53,235 nt of DNA from Octopus bimaculoides (taxonomy: Eukaryota), in assembly GCF_001194135.2 (NCBI RefSeq), contig NC_068983.1:37285289-37338523 (forward strand). Direction: 5' to 3'. Position 1 is the first letter of the stretch. Each line of letters begins with the position of its first letter. The notes below the pieces were generated by a model. The model searched no databases. It was not told the origin of the DNA and worked only from the letters and a program-made list of their open reading frames with translations. Made by a program: the position numbers and the translations under genes. Shown in pieces: positions 48,862 through 53,235 of the stretch.

Positions 48862-49429
48862 CTAAAACTGATGTCATAAAGAGAAATACTGTTCCCTATT
48901 GCTGGTGCTAGATAATAATGTATATTTGATAAGTGCTTTCTGTGAAATGTTACTGTACAGTATTGAGTGCGAAAACTGCCAAAGGGCAAAACCCTTGTAG
49001 GAAGGAAATGGTGTGGCAGCAGGAGCAACAGCAGCAGCGGCAACAACAACAACAACATCAAGTGCAACAACAACTGCATCAGCAACCTTATCAGTAGTAG
49101 TAACTGAGAAATTAGAAAAAACAACAACATACAGCTAAGGCATTATTAATGCATAGTGAGTGAAACAGGTCTTGTAAGCATACCATTGTTACGGCAACAT
49201 TTTTGAGCTGACAATGGTCGTTCAATTTGCTAGACATAGCAGCTAAATATTCTACATATCACACCCTACTATCTCACATAGGAAAGAACACATTAGGTAA
49301 GGCAATCCAAAGTACTCCTAAAATAAGAAGTTGTGATATGATGGTCAAAGCTGGAATGTCTCTGATCATAGGTCTCCTCAATCAGAAATGACCTGAAAAT
49401 ATAAAACAAAAGCATTATCATTTGCTGTG

Positions 49430-51150
49430 GATACACAACATAGCCCCAACACACTACTGCCAATCCCAACATTATCAGTCACACTATATACATTACATGA
49501 TACAATGTACTGTTTATACATTATCAATATAATCAACATTACGGCTATATTATACCACAGCTGTAACAACATAAATTCAAAATATATCACCATTATTAAC
49601 AAAAATCTTGTAGTTAATAAAATATAAACTGCCAAACCAAACACTAATATTTTGAATTATCAATATTTGTGGTAACTCGAACAACAGTAATTGATACGTC
49701 ATCAGAATTGATACATCATCAGAAATGTTTGTTATATTAATAATCGACCGACCACTATGGTAGCAGTTACACTATAGCAATACAATATCACTGAAAAATC
49801 AACATTATCAACTGCTACCATGATAGATACTTACTCAGAAGTTATAACATACCACTGATGTATCAATATTATCATCCTCTGCAGTGGTAGGTACTATCAT
49901 AGTGGCTACAACATACCACTGGTCAGTGGCGGCTCGTGTATAGACACTGTGGAACTGCAACACCCTCTATTTCCACTCAGTATTATTGATAACATTCAAT
50001 ATAATGAGTCCTTTTTTCTTTAATTCTTTCTTTATACTTGTACATTATATAATCCTTAAGCTTAATGTCAGTAGCCATCCTCTAGTTTTATGAAAAAAAT
50101 ACAAAAATACTTGTATAGAACTGTGTGCTTCACAGTTCCAGCGATGTAGTGTTTGGCTGTTGTGTGCATGCTCACATGTCCGAGATAGGAAACTGCATGC
50201 TAGGGAGAGAGAGCACTGTGGTTCACACAGTGCTGACCCTGGTGTGCTGGTGAAAAGTAGTGTTTCGTTTTGACTCCACATGTGTTGTGCTTAAAAACAT
50301 GTTTATATTGTTGAATGTGATAAAGTGTAGAATTAGATTATTATCCTGTTTCCAGCTACAGTGTTGCTCCCGGAATTTGAAAAATAGGGCAGATTTCCCC
50401 ACCTTATTTTGTGATTTAGGGGGGATTTTTGAAAAACAAGGGAGAATTTGTGGCAGTGTTCAGTGAACAAATTAAACACAACCCAGCAGTTGCTAAAACG
50501 TGAACCAATCAAGTTTATGTATAGATTTTCTTTTTATATGTTTGTTTCCTTTTACACAATATTAAAACAGCAGCTAAAAGTTTTCTGAAGCAGCACCCCA
50601 ACTAATTTTATCTAAGAGCCGCCACTGCCACTGGTACATCAACATTACCAGCTGCTACAATGGTAGGTAGTCAGTGCTAACTCAGTAACTTATACATACT
50701 ACTTGTATGCTTATATTATCATTCACAACAGTAATAGTTACAAACATACTAATAGCTACAATATACTACCAATATACCAGTATTATCAATCACTATGGTA
50801 GTAAGTATTAACATAATAATTACTACAACATATGAATGATATATCAACATTATTAATCACTATAGACAGAGCCTCTGACTATAACATTATCAACTGTTAC
50901 ACTGCTACTTACAAACGCAATATTAGCTGCAACATGCAAATCATATAGCAACGTAATTAACATCTATGCTAACACCTACTACCACAGTAGTAGCTACAAT
51001 ACACCACTGGTGTGCTCACATTATTAACCATCATATTTAGTTGAGAGAGCCAGAGTTTCAGCATGGCACTGATTATACCAGCATTATCAACTTCTTCAGT
51101 AGTAACTACCCAACACACACTGACATTATGAGTACCAGCATTGTATATAA
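49430..51150. repeat. Degenerate ACT-rich cryptic minisatellite region (interrupted by the hAT element)
   Basis: Recurring CATTATCAAC, CCACTGGT and GCTACAA motifs on both sides of 49924-50627. Confidence 0.5.
49924..50627. mobile_element. Non-autonomous hAT element, 704 bp
   Basis: Perfect 12-bp TIR CAGTGGCGGCTC/GAGCCGCCACTG; exact 8-bp TSD CCACTGGT (49916-49923 and 50628-50635). Confidence 0.95.
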
Positions 51151-51167
51151 CATGCTACTGATATACA

Positions 51168-51360
51168 AATATTGGTTTCAAATTTTGGCACAAGTCCAGC
51201 AATTTACATCAAGCCCAGTGCTCAACCGATATTTATTTTATCAACTCCAAAAAGATGAAAGGTAAAGTTGACTCCAGTAGAATTTGAACCCAGAATGTAA
51301 AAACAAGACAGCTAAGCATTTTGTCCAATGTACTAATGATTCTGTCAGCTCACCATCTTA
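51168..51360 (-). mobile_element. Family E SINE
   Basis: GGTTTCAAATTTTGGCACAAG...GAATTTGAACCCAGAA. Confidence 0.8.
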
Positions 51361-51389
51361 CTAATGTACAAATATTATCAACAACTTCG

Positions 51390-51870
51390 GCAAAAGCTGT
51401 ATATGGCTATGGTACATCTACACTTAGAATTTGTATCATTAGTTTGGAACGTCCATCTTGTCCAGAATATTGATCTGCTGGAAGCTGTCCAAAGACATGC
51501 AACCAGATAAATTACCATCTGTCAGTTACTTACCATTTCTTGAATGTATTGCTACTCTGGGTATCGACATGCTAGTGCTTCGATGTCTAGAAGCTGACTT
51601 GTTAGAAGCCACATAATTATCCACCATCTTTCCAACAATAAACTTTGGTCACCCTTTCTAATTCAATATCTCTACTACTCATGGACATGCTTATAAAATC
51701 TATAAACTGCTCAGCACCCATGACTTTTGGGAACATATTTTCATGCTCAGAATTATCAAAGCAAGGAATTAACTACCAGTTGTTAGCTTTCAAGATATTG
51801 CACTCTTCAAAAATTCCATGCTTCCCAAAACTCACCAACACAACTCCTGATGTTCCCACACACCACCTCC
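51390..51870 (+). mobile_element. CR1 LINE 3' fragment (degenerate)
   Basis: KLYMAMVHLHLEFVSLVWN...IDLLEAVQRHATR*...EADLLEA...THGHAYKIYK...RIIKA matches the CR1 RT C-terminal pattern. Confidence 0.85.
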
Positions 51871-52084
51871 TTTCCTCTTTATGGCTCTGCTACTGTCTAC
51901 TTTCTGTCTTTTTCCATTTTATTCAGTGTACTGTACATGTGTTTCTAGCTTTCATTGTTGTTTTTCTTTAATTGACTAATATGTCAGCTTTCTGTCCATT
52001 TCTTTTCATCTTTTCCAACAAGTTTTAGTCCGCCCAAGAACTGTATACAGCAAGCTCATTATTATTGTTGCTGTTGTTAGTTCG

Positions 52085-52320
52085 TCTGTCTTCATGTTCT
52101 GAGTTCAAACGCCGCCAGAGTTAACTTCACCTTTCATCCTTTTGAGGTCAATAAATTAAGTACCAGTTGCATACTGGGATCAATCTAATCGTCTGTGCCT
52201 AGAGTAGAAAAAAAAAATTATCAACTATATTATCAGTTGAACCCAGAATGTAAAGACAAACAAAATGCTGCTAGACATTATGTCCAACATGTTAATGATT
52301 CTGCTGGCTCATTGCCTTAA
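52085..52320. mobile_element. Two partial family E SINEs in opposite orientation
   Basis: Plus copy at about 52085-52200; minus head at about 52225-52320. Confidence 0.65.
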
Positions 52321-52537
52321 CTGCGTATAAATATTGGGTGAAAAAAATCTTTGGATTGGAAAAGTCGAAGGGTGTTTTGTGCAACTTGAACTTACATTTC
52401 TTGTAAACATAAAAATTTGTATGAAGGCAATGATACATTGATACACACACACATGCAAGTACATGCATACAGATGCAAGCATGCATACACACATGCAAGT
52501 ATGCACACACACACACACACACACAAATATACATACC

Positions 52538-52610
<73 letters not shown>

Positions 52611-52615
52611 TATTT

Positions 52616-52790
52616 ACATTTGACGGATATTTGTCCTCATCTTGTTTGTTGTTAACACAACGTTTCGGCTGATATACCCTCCAGCCTTCGTCAGGTGCCT
52701 TGGGGAAATTTCGAACCTGGGTTCTCATTCCTAACGATGTTACTATTATTATATTATTATTATTATTATTATTACTATTATTAATCAGGT
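52616..52790 (-). mobile_element. PLE terminal (pLTR-like) segment, inverted relative to the RT ORF
   Basis: Contains the hammerhead; abuts (TA)n on the left and (ATT)n on the right; paralogue at 7663-7770. Confidence 0.75.
52654..52699 (-). ncRNA. Minimal type-I hammerhead ribozyme (PLE type)
   Basis: Minus: GGCAC-CUGACGA-A-GGCUG-GAGGGUAUAU-CAGCC-GAAA-CG-UU/GUGUU; helix I GGCAC:GUGUU, helix II GGCUG:CAGCC, loopless palindromic ACGU helix III. Confidence 0.85.
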
Positions 52791-52803
52791 CGCTTTTTGA
52801 TAG

Positions 52804-53235
52804 CGAACTTTTCTACAAGGAGACAATTCCATCATACTTCTCCCAGCGGACAAGGGAAATGCTACAGTGGTGATGAACAAGTCTGACTACTCCGAAAAAT
52901 TGGCAAGTCTTATAAGTGATGGTAGCTACAGTAGAGTAAAAAAAGACCCAACTCTGAAAACAGAGAGGAAGTTGTCACAGATCTTGATCAAGAACAAGGA
53001 TCACTTCACACCAATGAAGTACAGACAGCTGACTCAACACTACAGTAAACTACCACACATGTACGGTCTCCCTAAGATTCACAAGGAAGGTATTCCACTA
53101 AGACCTATAGTGAGCTGTAGAGGTTCAGCATGCCATCCACTGAGCCGCTTCTTGGTGGATATAATCAGTCCATTAGCAGGAAAGTCAACATCATACGTGA
53201 AGAATTCCACCCACTTCACAGAATTGATCAAGGAT
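52804..53235 (+). CDS. Penelope-like element RT N-terminal region, 144 stop-free codons, open at window end
   Basis: LPADKGNATVVMNKSDY...DPT...PHMYGLPKIHKEGIPLRPIVS...YVKNSTHF are hallmark PLE motifs; a TAG at 52801 precedes it, so the copy is 5'-truncated. Confidence 0.93.

Noticed and set aside
52786-52794. CAGGTCGCT shared with the start of the 8340-8550 segment
   Set aside because: Only 9 nt; does not extend, compatible with chance
331-53000. Most ORF-track entries (poly-H/T, C/V, Y/I, D, M, I runs)
   Set aside because: Translations of (CA)n, (TA)n, (GAT)n, (CAC)n and (TAA)n microsatellites or SINE bodies; no domain content

Overview
AT-rich eukaryotic non-coding DNA with about 11 N-gaps, dense microsatellites and many nested transposon remnants. 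The repeat families resemble those I recall from octopod cephalopod (Octopus-like) genomes; this is recognition, not a database result. No host protein-coding gene is convincingly present, only two weak candidate minus-strand exons. Nearly all ORF-track entries are microsatellite or N-run read-through. Recognisable coding remnants are all mobile: a stop-free Penelope-like (PLE) RT N-terminus running off the right end, two R4/Dong LINE pieces, two RTE pieces, two CR1-group 3' ends and two mariner remnants. Also present: a Ty3/gypsy-like 5' LTR with a tRNA-Trp PBS, several hAT and TTAA (piggyBac-like) MITEs with TSDs, tRNA-derived SINE families, and about 14 copies of a (GAT)n-tailed repeat that appears to be a 5'-truncated RTE 3' UTR. 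Best lead: a minimal type-I hammerhead ribozyme with the full catalytic core (52654-52699, minus) just upstream of and antisense to the PLE ORF. A decayed second copy at 7.66-7.70 kb is fused to a tRNA-like Pol III head. This suggests a hammerhead-bearing, tRNA-headed PLE terminal repeat or non-autonomous family. SINE boundaries are approximate (about +/-10-20 bp).
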